NCBI GenBank assembly: GCA_900759385.1
Contig: CAAEUZ010000090.1
Span: 12,672-44,671 of the forward strand
Source of the DNA: an uncultured Oscillospiraceae bacterium
GTDB lineage: Bacteria; Bacillota; Clostridia; Oscillospirales; Oscillospiraceae
Length of the DNA stretch: 32,000 nucleotides
Reading direction: 5' to 3'
Positions 1 through 9,747 of this stretch are shown here, in pieces. Position 1 is the first letter of the stretch, and the number at the start of each line of letters is the position of its first letter. Below the pieces are notes generated by a model. That model was not told where the DNA came from. It ran no database searches and saw only the letters and a list, made by a program, of their open reading frames with translations. The position numbers and the translations under genes are program-made.

Positions 1-354
1 ATCCGGGGAAAACATGCAGCTGGAAGGCTTTTTTTACTACCTTTTCACCGGTGTTTTTGAGGCCGTGATCATTCATTATGCCGTGGCCAAAATCTTCGGT
101 CCTCTTGTCTTCGGCCGCGGCTGGTGCGGCTACGCCTGCTGGACGGCCATGGTCCTCGATTTTCTGCCCTTCAAGGTGCCCTCCAGCCATACGCGCAAAG
201 GGCTTGGCAGGATGCGGTACGCGGCTTTCGCGCTCTCGCTGTCGTTTGTATCCGCGCTGTTCCTGTCCGGCACAGGAGGGCTGGAGCGCATAATGTTCCC
301 GGCCTTCATCGTCGGAAACATAATCTATTATATATCAGGCGCGGCGCGCTGTAA
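1..354 (+). CDS. Partial integral-membrane protein with a GRGWCGYACW Cys motif, possibly NapH/Fer4_5-like. The 5' end may lie outside the window and the 3' end is unresolved.
   Basis: The frame of ORF 14..991 is open from base 2 and its first ~110 codons are hydrophobic and helix-rich. This frame has no stop before the terminator hairpin at 376..401. It would overlap convergent mltG by ~580 nt, so the true end is probably near 354, where a TAA lies in the neighbouring frame. Confidence 0.35.
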
Positions 355-375
355 AACAACAGTCACAAATGCAAT

Positions 376-411
376 GAGAGGGAGCCCTGCGGCTCCCTCT
401 CTGCTTGTTTT
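376..411. terminator. Bidirectional rho-independent terminator between the partial membrane-protein ORF and mltG
   Basis: GAGAGGGAGCC-ctgc-GGCTCCCTCTC forms an 11-bp perfect stem. It is followed by TGCTTGTTTT on the + strand and a moderately T-rich stretch on the minus strand. Confidence 0.7.
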
Positions 412-1855
412 ACTGGTTCTGACTGGTGTAGTCCTGAGTGGCCGTGAAGGCCTCGAACTCCGCGTAGTTGGTGAAGAACTCGTGCTCTCCCGTCTCGGTG
501 TTGAGCGCATAGTAGAGGTAATTCGTGCTCTCCGGGTTGAGCGCCGCGTTTATGCTGGCCAGGCCGGGATTGCAGATGGGGCCGGCCGGCAGACCGGTGT
601 TCAGGTAAGTGTTGTAGGGGCTGTCCACCTGCAGATCCTCCTCGGTGAGGTAGTCCTTGTGCTCGCCCAGGGCGTACATGACGGTCGCGTCTATCTGCAG
701 CGGCATGCCGGCGGCAAGCCTGTTGTATATGACGGACGCTATCAGTGCGCGCTCGCTGTCGTTGGCGGCCTCGGACTCGATCATGGAGGCGATTATCACC
801 GCCTGGTGCAGGGTTATCTGCAGTTCCTCGGCCTGGGCATACATATCCGCCGTCAGCTTGCCATGGAAGTTGAGCAGGAAGCGGTTGATGGCGCTGGACG
901 CCTGCATGCCCTGATAGAACTCATAGGTATCCGGGAAGAGGTAGCCCTCCAGTCTGGAGGCGTCGCCCGTCTCGGCCCAGTCGAGGAATGAGTAATTGTA
1001 GGTGTACTCCGCCGCGGCGTCATAGAGCTCCTCAACCGTGCAGATGCCGTTCTCCTCCAGGCGTTCAAATATCTCCTGCATGGTGAAGCCCTCGGGGAAG
1101 GTTACGGTCGTCGTTACCATGCTGCCGGAGGCGGTCTGCATATTGGAGACCAGGGCACGGTAATCGAGGTCGGTGGTGAGCGTGTATGTGCCCGGGTCCA
1201 CCTTGGTCGTGGCGTCCGCAAACCAGCAGAAGGCCTTGAAGAGCCACTTGTACTCGATGATCCCGGCCTCCTTGAGCGTGTCGGCCACATAGTCGATGTC
1301 CGCGTAGGAGACGGTCTCCGTCGCCATGGTGCCGTCGGACTGCTCCACCTCCTCATCGCGGTACTCGAATATGTCCTCGGGGAGGGTGATGGTGCTCTCC
1401 ATGTGCTCCTTGTTAAGGGCCAGCACGTCCGTAGCCGCCATCCATCCCAGGCAGGCCAGCACCACCGACAGGCTGACGACAAACACGAAATACATCAGCC
1501 CGCCCAGGCAGCCTGTCTTTCCGTCGCGCCTGCGCCGTATCGGCTTGAAGTCGCGCTCCTCCAGCTCGGTCGGGTCTTCGTCGTCTATCCCGTCCACGTC
1601 GTCTGAGTGGCGCTCAGGGCTGTAGAGCATGCTGTCGAGCTTCTCCAGCAGCTTGCGCCCACGGCTCTCGACGTCGTCGTTCTCGTCCTCTGCGGCGGCC
1701 GTCTCTCCGGGCTGCACCGGCTCCGCTTCGGGCTTCTGCGCCTGAGCCCCGATGGCAGGGACCACCACAGTGTCTTCGACGGGCGGGTTCTCCGGCTTTT
1801 GCCCGGCATCCTGTGCGGGGAATATTTCGTTGAGCTTGTCCTGATTGTTTTCCAT
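410..1855 (-). CDS. mltG: Endolytic murein transglycosylase MltG (YceG family) with a long acidic/Pro-rich N-terminal tail and one TM helix
   Basis: YceG hallmarks are present: LFPDTYEF, ASMIESEA, VIYNRL, LQIDATVMYALGE and SPYNTYLNTGLPAGPICNPG. I prefer the ATG at 1855 (MENNQDK) because GGGAG lies 9 nt upstream. The ATG at 1897 has no SD. Confidence 0.9.
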   Translation of the reverse strand: MENNQDKLNEIFPAQDAGQKPENPPVEDTVVVPAIGAQAQKPEAEPVQPGETAAAEDENDDVESRGRKLLEKLDSMLYSPERHSDDVDGIDDEDPTELEERDFKPIRRRRDGKTGCLGGLMYFVFVVSLSVVLACLGWMAATDVLALNKEHMESTITLPEDIFEYRDEEVEQSDGTMATETVSYADIDYVADTLKEAGIIEYKWLFKAFCWFADATTKVDPGTYTLTTDLDYRALVSNMQTASGSMVTTTVTFPEGFTMQEIFERLEENGICTVEELYDAAAEYTYNYSFLDWAETGDASRLEGYLFPDTYEFYQGMQASSAINRFLLNFHGKLTADMYAQAEELQITLHQAVIIASMIESEAANDSERALIASVIYNRLAAGMPLQIDATVMYALGEHKDYLTEEDLQVDSPYNTYLNTGLPAGPICNPGLASINAALNPESTNYLYYALNTETGEHEFFTNYAEFEAFTATQDYTSQNQ

Positions 1856-2010
1856 TCCTGGGTTCTCCCTAAGTAACGAGTTTGACGCCGCGGGCATAAT
1901 ATGGCTCAGACGGCGCGAGAGCGTGCGTCAAGGCCCACGATAACTGCCGCCTCTCCCCCCGCGCGGGGTCTGGCCGGGGAAATCACATAGCGCGGAGAAA
2001 GGGTCATAAA

Positions 2011-2154
2011 ATGTTCTGCGGAAACAATAACAGCGGCTGCTTCTGGATTATAATCATTCTCCTGCTCCTCTTCATGTGCGGAGGCTGGAGCGGCAACAGT
2101 TGCTGCTGCAACACCAACAACTGCTGTGACAACAACTGCAGCTGCGGCTGCTGA
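2011..2154 (+). CDS. 47-aa Cys-rich single-TM micro-protein (MFCGNNNSGCFWIIIILLLLFMCGGWSGNSCCCNTNNCCDNNCSCGC), resembling YjcZ / tiny-TM sporulation-type peptides
   Basis: Hand translation; the ORF is absent from the track because it is under 60 aa. An SD GGAGAAAGGG ends 7 nt before the ATG, and a hairpin terminator follows the TGA. The 88-aa antisense ORF 1906..2172 is its mirror artefact. Confidence 0.65.
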   Translation: MFCGNNNSGCFWIIIILLLLFMCGGWSGNSCCCNTNNCCDNNCSCGC

Positions 2155-2171
2155 ACAGACAGCAAACACCA

Positions 2172-2202
2172 ACGGGGCCCGTTCAGGGCCCTGTCTTTAT
2201 TA
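2172..2202 (+). terminator. Putative terminator of the Cys-rich micro-ORF
   Basis: ACGGGGCCC-gttca-GGGCCCTGT stem followed by CTTTATTA. It overlaps the last codons of the convergent cyclo-ligase gene. Confidence 0.45.
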
Positions 2203-2746
2203 TACGCTCTTCCGTTATGACGTAACCGGGGCGGACATCGTTCCACTCCACGGGTACTTTTTCGCTGAGGAGCCGCTCCCGGCAGAGGCAGACAGTGACC
2301 GCATCGGGATACCTGGCGAGATACCTGTCATAGTATCCGCCGCCCTGTCCCAGCCGCGCGCCGCTCCTGTCGCAGCAGACCGCAGGGACGATTATCACGT
2401 CCTCCCTGCCGGGCTCCAGCGCCGGCAGAGAGCCGTCCGGCTCCGGTATGCCGTAGCGGGCCACATGCAGCCCGGCGGAGATATCGGCGAAGTCCATTTC
2501 CCCACCGCCCCCGGTCCTGGGCAGGCAAACCCGCTTTCCTTCCGCCACCGCACTTTCAATTATGCCTTTAGTGTCCACCTCGCGCCCCACCGAGGCGTAA
2601 GCAAACACGGTTTTGGCGCTCCTGAACACCTCCAGGGCGAGGACTTGTTTCATTATCCCCGCGTCGGAGCTGCGGATATACTCCTCAGGCAGTTGCTTTA
2701 TCTTTGCGCGCACCCGCGCGCGGAAGGCAGTCTTTTCATCGGACAC
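2183..2746 (-). CDS. 5-formyltetrahydrofolate cyclo-ligase (MTHFS family)
   Basis: Family-typical sequence: KKQLRxx-like N-terminus, FASVGREVDT, GIPEP and GQGGGYYDRYL. There is no in-frame ATG near the N-terminus. A GTG at 2746 is preceded by GAGGAG 8 nt upstream. Confidence 0.85.
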   Translation of the reverse strand: MSDEKTAFRARVRAKIKQLPEEYIRSSDAGIMKQVLALEVFRSAKTVFAYASVGREVDTKGIIESAVAEGKRVCLPRTGGGGEMDFADISAGLHVARYGIPEPDGSLPALEPGREDVIIVPAVCCDRSGARLGQGGGYYDRYLARYPDAVTVCLCRERLLSEKVPVEWNDVRPGYVITEERIIKTGP

Positions 2747-2775
2747 GGTCTCAGCTCCTCGCCTGCCGCCATTGG

Positions 2776-3438
2776 TCACAGCAGCTCCCTGACTATTGAG
2801 AATATCTCCTCGTGCTTTTCGTCCACCGCGCGCTCCATGCCGTCCTTCTGGAAATCCACCACCCTCCAGCCGTAGTGCCTTGCGGCACGGTGCCCGGTGT
2901 CCAGGCAATGCTGGAGGTAGGCGGCGTCGCGCTCGTGGATATCGCCGCTCCTGCCGGTCTTGGCCTCGCGGCGGCGCATGCGCGCCTCGCTGGTCGCCAG
3001 ATCCACGTCGAGGAAGATCACGAGGTCCGGCCTCGGCAAGCCGAGCTTAACATACTCCAGGTCGTACAGCCAGTCGAAAAAAGCCGGCTGTTCCGCCGCC
3101 GGGAGCTTTGCGCCCTGGTGGACGGCGTTTGAAGTGGTATAGCGGTCCGAGAGGATTATGCCGCCGCCCTCGTACGCGCTCTTCCAGTCGGTCATATACG
3201 AGGCGTAGCGGTCCACGGCATAAAAAATGCTTGCGGCGCAGGGGTTTACGTCGTCCGGCTTCTCGCCGAAGTCGCCGTTCAGGTACATGCGTATAAGCGC
3301 CGAGGACTCCTGATCATAGCGTGGGAAGACGATACTGTGGTAATCTATGCCCTCGCGCTCGAACCTCGCGCAGAGCCTTCTGTACTGCGCGCTCTTGCCC
3401 GAGCCGTCTATGCCTTCGAGGACTATGAGTTTACCCAT
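2776..3438 (-). CDS. tmk: Thymidylate kinase
   Basis: MGKLIVLEGIDGSGKS P-loop and a DRY motif (SDRYTTS). The SD GGAGGGAAGGAGAAG lies upstream of the ATG at 3438. The longer ORF start at 3600 overlaps the upstream gene and lacks an SD. Confidence 0.92.
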   Translation of the reverse strand: MGKLIVLEGIDGSGKSAQYRRLCARFEREGIDYHSIVFPRYDQESSALIRMYLNGDFGEKPDDVNPCAASIFYAVDRYASYMTDWKSAYEGGGIILSDRYTTSNAVHQGAKLPAAEQPAFFDWLYDLEYVKLGLPRPDLVIFLDVDLATSEARMRRREAKTGRSGDIHERDAAYLQHCLDTGHRAARHYGWRVVDFQKDGMERAVDEKHEEIFSIVRELL

Positions 3439-3442
3439 ACGC

Positions 3443-4165
3443 TTATCTTCTCCTTCCCTCCGCCGCCGCTTCCAGTACGAAAAGCGGCAGCCTGGCCACG
3501 CGCCCCAGGCGCTTGGGCTCTTTGATGACGCGGTAGAGCCATTCCAGGCCCAGCTTGCGCCAGGCCTCCGGCGCGCGCTGCACGTTGCCGGCCAGCACAT
3601 CCAGGCTCCCTCCCAGCCCGGCCATGAGGCCGCAGCTGAGCCTGCCCGCGTTCGCGCTCATCCAGCGCTCCTGCTTCGGAGAGCCGAGGCAGACCATGAG
3701 GAAGTCCGGGCTGGATGCGTTTATTTTTTCTATGATGGGGCCATCGTCGGTAAAATACCCGTCGCTTGTCCCGGCTATGGACAGGCCGGGATAGGCCTCC
3801 GTCAGCCTGGCAGCCGCGGCCTCGGCCACGCCGGGCCTGGCGCCGAAGAGGTATACGCTGCCGCCGCGCTCCGCCAGCCGGGCGATTACGGCAGTGGCAA
3901 AATCTATGCCCGGGACACGCGCTTTCAGCGGGGTCTTGAGCATGGCGGCCGCCTTGGTGACGCCCACGCCGTCGGCCAGGACCAGGTCGGCCTGCCCGAG
4001 AGCCGAGCGCAGGGCGGCATCCTTTTTTGCGGCCATGACTATTTCCGGGTTGGGCGTGCACACATAGTGCGCCCCACGTGTGTTCATAAAACCCAGCGCG
4101 GCCTCGACGGCCTCCTCCATTGTGAGGTCGTCAAAGCCCACGCCGAGCACGTCAGTACGGCTCAT
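3443..4165 (-). CDS. WecB/TagA/CpsF-family glycosyltransferase (N-acetylmannosaminyltransferase-like)
   Basis: Family-typical GVGFDDLTMEEA, PNPEIV, ADGVGV, GSPKQERW and LEWLYR motifs. The start overlaps the cobB stop (ATGA). Confidence 0.85.
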   Translation of the reverse strand: MSRTDVLGVGFDDLTMEEAVEAALGFMNTRGAHYVCTPNPEIVMAAKKDAALRSALGQADLVLADGVGVTKAAAMLKTPLKARVPGIDFATAVIARLAERGGSVYLFGARPGVAEAAAARLTEAYPGLSIAGTSDGYFTDDGPIIEKINASSPDFLMVCLGSPKQERWMSANAGRLSCGLMAGLGGSLDVLAGNVQRAPEAWRKLGLEWLYRVIKEPKRLGRVARLPLFVLEAAAEGRRR

Positions 4166-4881
4166 ACCTGCGAAAACACCTCGCCTATCTTCTCATGGAT
4201 GACCAGATTCGCGTACTTGTCGTACGGCGTGTCGGAGAGGTTGACCAGCGCAAGCTTGTCGCCCTCGTAGTAGTTGATCAGGCCCGCCGCGGGGTAGACG
4301 CCCAGCGAGGTGCCGCCCACAATGAGCACGTCCGCATTGCGGATGAAGCGGACCGCGCTCGTGAGCACGTTCTCATCCAGCATCTCCTCGTATAGCACTA
4401 TGTCAGGCCGGATGACGCCGCCGCACTTTTCGCAGCGCGGCACACCGCTGCAGTGGTTCATGCGGTCGGCCGGGTAGGGCGCGCGGCACTTGGTGCAGTA
4501 TGCGCGCAGGATGCTGCCGTGCAGTTCGAGCACGTTTTTGCTGCCCGCCGCCTGGTGCAGCCCGTCTATGTTCTGCGTTATGACAGCCCGGAGCCTGCCC
4601 TCCCGCTCCAGCTCGGCCAGACGCAGGTGCGCCCGGTTGGGTTTGGCACCGTCCACCACGAGCTTGGCGTGGTGGAAGCGGTAATACTCCTCGGGGTCAC
4701 GCCGGAAAAACGTGGCCGAGAGGATGGTCTCGGGCGGGTAATCCCACTGCTGGTTGTAGAGCCCGTCCACGCTGCGGAAATCTGGTATGCCGCTCTCCGT
4801 GGACACTCCCGCGCCGCCGAAAAAGACGATGTTATCGCTCGCGGCTATCCAGTCGCGGAGGGTTTTGACCTTATCGTCCAT
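4162..4881 (-). CDS. cobB: NAD-dependent protein deacylase (SIR2/CobB family)
   Basis: GAGVSTESGIPDFRS, TQNIDGLH and a Zn ribbon CTKC...CEKCGG. The 239-aa single-domain size is that of a housekeeping sirtuin. Confidence 0.9.
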   Translation of the reverse strand: MDDKVKTLRDWIAASDNIVFFGGAGVSTESGIPDFRSVDGLYNQQWDYPPETILSATFFRRDPEEYYRFHHAKLVVDGAKPNRAHLRLAELEREGRLRAVITQNIDGLHQAAGSKNVLELHGSILRAYCTKCRAPYPADRMNHCSGVPRCEKCGGVIRPDIVLYEEMLDENVLTSAVRFIRNADVLIVGGTSLGVYPAAGLINYYEGDKLALVNLSDTPYDKYANLVIHEKIGEVFSQV

Positions 4882-4917
4882 TTAATCAGTCCTTCAACAA
4901 GTACGGCTTCTGAAGCG

Positions 4918-6405
<1,488 letters not shown>

Positions 6406-6464
6406 TCACGCACCCCCGTAAGTATAAGTAGTTTATTTCTAGGTCTCCCGCTGGGATTCTAATT

Positions 6465-6493
6465 ATTTTATCATAGATATAGTTGAAGTCAAC
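6465..6493 (-). promoter_or_regulatory. Sigma-A type promoter for guaB
   Basis: On the minus strand: TTGACT, 16-nt spacer, TAAAAT. It lies ~60 nt upstream of the guaB ATG. Confidence 0.55.
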
Positions 6494-6539
6494 AGATAAA
6501 GTGTGAACGCCGCATCATGCGCAGCTGCGCGCTGTCGCT

Positions 6540-7160
6540 TCAGTCGAAAAGCACAGTCCAGTTCGGGCTGCGGTATGCCGCAAAGCACATTCTGACCTGC
6601 TCAGCCGTATTTTTGCTTTCGCTCAGCGGCGGAAGGCTGTCCTCAGGGAAATACGCCGACTGAGTAGTCTCGATGTTTTCCCTGAACCCGCCTCCCAGCG
6701 CGGTACAGAGGAAAAACAGCTTGCAGACGCTGTGGGCCAGCACGGGCCTGTTGTGCCTCGCCCGGTCCTGAACGGCGATCAGCCGCTCGACCCTGACCTC
6801 CAGTCCGGCCTCCTCCCGCACCTCTTTGGCCGCGTTCTCGGCGGCGGATATGCCTATGTCCGCCCATCCCCCAGGCAGCGACCAGAGCCCGTCATTCTCA
6901 CGCACGAGCAGAATCCTGTCATTTTCAAAGACGGCCGCGCGGGTATCGAGCTTCGGCGTCTGATAGCCGCTCTCGTCGCAAAAGAGCCCGCGCACCTTCT
7001 CCACAGGCATGTCCGACATATGTGAGACCATCTCCGCCGCAATCCCGCGGATGCGCTCAAAGCGTTCAAGATCGTAAGGGTCCCTGCTGTACTCCAGCCC
7101 CGCCTGAGCAAGGCTCTGCAGCTCGGCGGCCCAGTTCAGCCAGCGCAGGCTGCCGCTCAT
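6540..7160 (-). CDS. NUDIX hydrolase with a NUDIX N-terminal helical domain (ADP-ribose pyrophosphatase-like)
   Basis: Nudix box GGWADIGISAAENAAKEVREEAGLEV. The N-terminal WLNWAAELQSLAQAGLEYSRDPYDLERF segment is typical of the Nudix_N_2 subgroup. Confidence 0.85.
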   Translation of the reverse strand: MSGSLRWLNWAAELQSLAQAGLEYSRDPYDLERFERIRGIAAEMVSHMSDMPVEKVRGLFCDESGYQTPKLDTRAAVFENDRILLVRENDGLWSLPGGWADIGISAAENAAKEVREEAGLEVRVERLIAVQDRARHNRPVLAHSVCKLFFLCTALGGGFRENIETTQSAYFPEDSLPPLSESKNTAEQVRMCFAAYRSPNWTVLFD

Positions 7161-7987
7161 GTCAGCATCCCTCTTGCAGACCGCTCACGCTCGGCAAAGA
7201 ACATATACTGCTGGGCGAGCCCGGCGTACTCACCGAGAGACGCAGGGTCAAAGTCCGCGGGCATGTGCTCCTTGAGCGCCCGCTTTATCCACACGTCCAC
7301 GGGGAAGGCGTCCATCCTGTGCAGCCCGAACAGGACCGCGCAGTTCGCTACCTTGTCGCCGACGCCGTTCAGGCCCTTCAGATACTTCCGGGCCTCGTTC
7401 CCACAGAGCGAAGCGGCGTACTCCAAATCCACCTCTCCCGAGGCGACGGCGCGCGCGGCGCCTATTATGTATGCCGCCCTGTAGCCTGCGCGCAGCGGAG
7501 CCAGCTCCGGCTCCTCCAGCAGCGCGACACGGCTCGCCGACGGGAAGGAATACCTGACACCCCACGGCGTGTTGAACGCCTCTCCAAACAGGGCGCAGAG
7601 CTTTTCGACTATGCCCTTTATGCGCGGTATATTGTTGCACTGGGATATTATGAACGAGCAGAGCGCCTCCCACTTGTCCTGACGGAGGATGCGTATCCCG
7701 GCGCCGTACTCGGCGCACTCCGTGAGATAGTCGCCGATCATGACGCTCTCGCGTGCAGCGGCGTAGTCGGTATCCATGTCCAGATATACGCGCCAGAAAT
7801 CGAGGTCGCCGTCCGCACACTCTATGCGCGCCGCGCCATCTGCGGCGTACACCCTCGCCGCCCGTCCCGAGGCCACGCCCACGTAGGCGCCGCTGCCGTC
7901 GTCATTCCAGCGGAAGCACTGTCCGCACTCAAAGGTCTTGTAAGGGGAGAGTTCCGCCTCCGGGCAGAGCTCAAAAGTCTTATACAT
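7157..7987 (-). CDS. 8-oxoguanine DNA glycosylase / AP lyase (OGG1-like HhH-GPD family)
   Basis: FECGQCFRW N-terminal domain and HhH-GPD region LNGVGDKVANCAVLFGL...FPVDVW. The ATG at 7987 (MYKTFEL) has an upstream GGCGGGA. The stop overlaps the NUDIX start (ATGA). Confidence 0.85.
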   Translation of the reverse strand: MYKTFELCPEAELSPYKTFECGQCFRWNDDGSGAYVGVASGRAARVYAADGAARIECADGDLDFWRVYLDMDTDYAAARESVMIGDYLTECAEYGAGIRILRQDKWEALCSFIISQCNNIPRIKGIVEKLCALFGEAFNTPWGVRYSFPSASRVALLEEPELAPLRAGYRAAYIIGAARAVASGEVDLEYAASLCGNEARKYLKGLNGVGDKVANCAVLFGLHRMDAFPVDVWIKRALKEHMPADFDPASLGEYAGLAQQYMFFAERERSARGMLT

Positions 7988-8009
7988 ATCCGTCCCGCCT
8001 TTCGCAGGT

Positions 8010-8038
8010 ATTATAACAGACGTGTCCAAATCCGGCAA
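8010..8038 (-). promoter_or_regulatory. Putative promoter for the glycosylase-NUDIX pair
   Basis: On the minus strand: TTGCCG, 17 nt, TATAAT. Confidence 0.5.
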
Positions 8039-8079
8039 GCCGTGATATAATGTCCGCACAACCACATCAGGAGGCTGAC

Positions 8080-8544
8080 ATGGGCACATACGAAATTATA
8101 AACATACGCAGCCGCGCCGGGCTCAGGGACGACGCCGCGCGCTGGTTCCACGAAAAGTGGGGCGTGCCGGAGGGAGAATACCTGTCCAGCATGGACGAAT
8201 GTATTGCCGGCGGCTCCGCCGTGCCGCAGTGGTACCTGGCGCTGAGCGGCGGAGCCATCGCCGCAGGTGTCGGCGTGATTGAAAACGACTTTCACGAGCG
8301 GCTCGACCTGGCCCCCAACGCCTGCGCGCTCTTCGTGGAACCAGGTCACCGCGGCCGGGGGCTTGCTCGTGCCCTCCTCGAGCACGCCTGCCGCGACATG
8401 GCCGCGCTGGGCGTGGCCACTCTGTACCTCATCACAGACCACGACGCGCTCTATGAACGCCTGGGATGGGAGTTTATAGCCATGGTCAACTGCACCGACG
8501 GCTCCGCCCCGGCCAGGCTCTACCGGCGCACGACGGACATCTGA
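8080..8544 (+). CDS. GNAT-family N-acetyltransferase
   Basis: Acetyl-CoA binding loop VEPGHRGRGLARALL. AGGAGG lies 6 nt before the ATG at 8080. An extended -10 TGATATAAT sits at 8043..8051. Confidence 0.85.
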   Translation: MGTYEIINIRSRAGLRDDAARWFHEKWGVPEGEYLSSMDECIAGGSAVPQWYLALSGGAIAAGVGVIENDFHERLDLAPNACALFVEPGHRGRGLARALLEHACRDMAALGVATLYLITDHDALYERLGWEFIAMVNCTDGSAPARLYRRTTDI

Positions 8545-8557
8545 GGAGGCTATAGAT

Positions 8558-9319
8558 ATGGACAATTGGTTCACCGTAGACCAGATTGACAGCAGTACCT
8601 ATATATTCAGTGAATACCGCCACTGGGAGGAGACCCATTGCTACCTCCTCAACGGCACGGAGCGCAGCCTGCTCATAGACACAGGCCTGGGCATACGGAA
8701 CATACGCGAGCTGGCTGAGCGGTACACCGACAGGCCCATCACTGCCGTGGCCACACACGTCCACTGGGACCACATCGGCTCCCACAGGTACTTCCCCGAT
8801 TTCTACGCCCATGAGGATGAGCTGGACTGGCTCAGCGGCGGCTTCCCCCTCCCGCTCAGTGCCATCCGGGAGATGGTGCTGGACCGCTGCGACGCGCCGG
8901 ACGACTTCGACATAAATTCCTACGAGTTCTTCCAGGGCACGCCCACGCGGGTGCTGGCGGACCGCGACACAATAGATCTGGGCGGCCGCAGCGTGGAGGT
9001 GCTGCACACGCCCGGCCACTCTCCGGGACACATGTGCTTCTGGGAGGCGGAACGCGGCTGGCTCTTCACCGGCGACCTGGCCTACAAGGACATGCTGCTC
9101 GCCTATTACCCCTCCACCGACCCGGAGGCCTATCTCGCCTCGCTGGAGAGGGTCGCCGCCCTGCCCGCAGAGCGCGTCTTCCCCGCTCACCACTCACTGG
9201 ACATGTCCCCGGAAATACTCGTGCGCATGCGGGACGCGCTCAGGCAGCTCAAGGCCGAAGGCCGTCTGCGCCACGGCACGGGCAAGCTGGACTACGGCGA
9301 CTGGGGCATATGGCTGTGA
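8558..9319 (+). CDS. MBL-fold metallo-hydrolase
   Basis: THVHWDHIG (HxHxDH) and HTPGHSPGH motifs. GAGGAGG SD upstream. Confidence 0.88.
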   Translation: MDNWFTVDQIDSSTYIFSEYRHWEETHCYLLNGTERSLLIDTGLGIRNIRELAERYTDRPITAVATHVHWDHIGSHRYFPDFYAHEDELDWLSGGFPLPLSAIREMVLDRCDAPDDFDINSYEFFQGTPTRVLADRDTIDLGGRSVEVLHTPGHSPGHMCFWEAERGWLFTGDLAYKDMLLAYYPSTDPEAYLASLERVAALPAERVFPAHHSLDMSPEILVRMRDALRQLKAEGRLRHGTGKLDYGDWGIWL

Positions 9320-9444
9320 CCCTGTGAGCCGCGCCGGCAATTCAGGAAGGGCTCTTCCTGTTCACGCGGCGAATCTCCTTTTAAACTAAAACGCAAAGGT
9401 TAAGAGGAGGTGAATCCCGGCGGACGAGCGCACCGGCGCTGCGT

Positions 9445-9735
9445 ATGCCGCCGGGGACAATGGAAGAACAAAACCGGACCAGGGTGCATGTCCGCCTTGC
9501 ACCCGCATCCAGGTCCCTGCTCAGGCAGCTGAGCTACCGTCAGTCCATGGCCGTCACACACATGCTGGTGCTGCGCACGCCGGAGGGCCCCTCCTGCTAC
9601 GCCCTTTGTCCCAGGTGTGGCATATCGCTCGAGCGTGAATACATGTCCTTCTGCGACCGCTGCGGCCAAAAGCTGGACTGGGACAGCTATGATGAAGCGT
9701 CGCCGGTTTTCCCCGGGCACCCCTCTCTGCCTTAG
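9445..9735 (+). CDS. Hypothetical small protein with a CPRC...CDRC zinc-ribbon. The start is uncertain (9445 or 9460).
   Basis: Open frame with a Cys4 pattern and a downstream hairpin. There is no good SD at either ATG. Confidence 0.4.
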   Translation: MPPGTMEEQNRTRVHVRLAPASRSLLRQLSYRQSMAVTHMLVLRTPEGPSCYALCPRCGISLEREYMSFCDRCGQKLDWDSYDEASPVFPGHPSLP

Positions 9736-9747
9736 CCCTCCAACGAA

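Noticed and set aside
1906-2172. 88-aa minus-strand ORF
   Set aside because: It is the mirror image of the Cys-codon-rich (TGC/GCA) micro-ORF on the + strand, which has an SD and a terminator. The minus frame gives poly-Ala/Val and has no SD.
4162-4881. SIR2-domain protein as a possible anti-phage (Thoeris/DSR/SIR2-HerA-like) effector
   Set aside because: It is a single-domain 239-aa sirtuin with the canonical Zn-ribbon and NAD motifs. It is embedded by ATGA overlap in a housekeeping operon (guaB...tmk). It has no partner sensor or ATPase gene and no island context.
7022-8050. 342-aa + strand ORF and other 190-310-aa ORFs in 7000..8600
   Set aside because: They are antisense to, or out of frame with, the OGG1-like, NUDIX and GNAT genes. 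Their composition is Arg/Pro/Ala-rich and they have no initiation signals.
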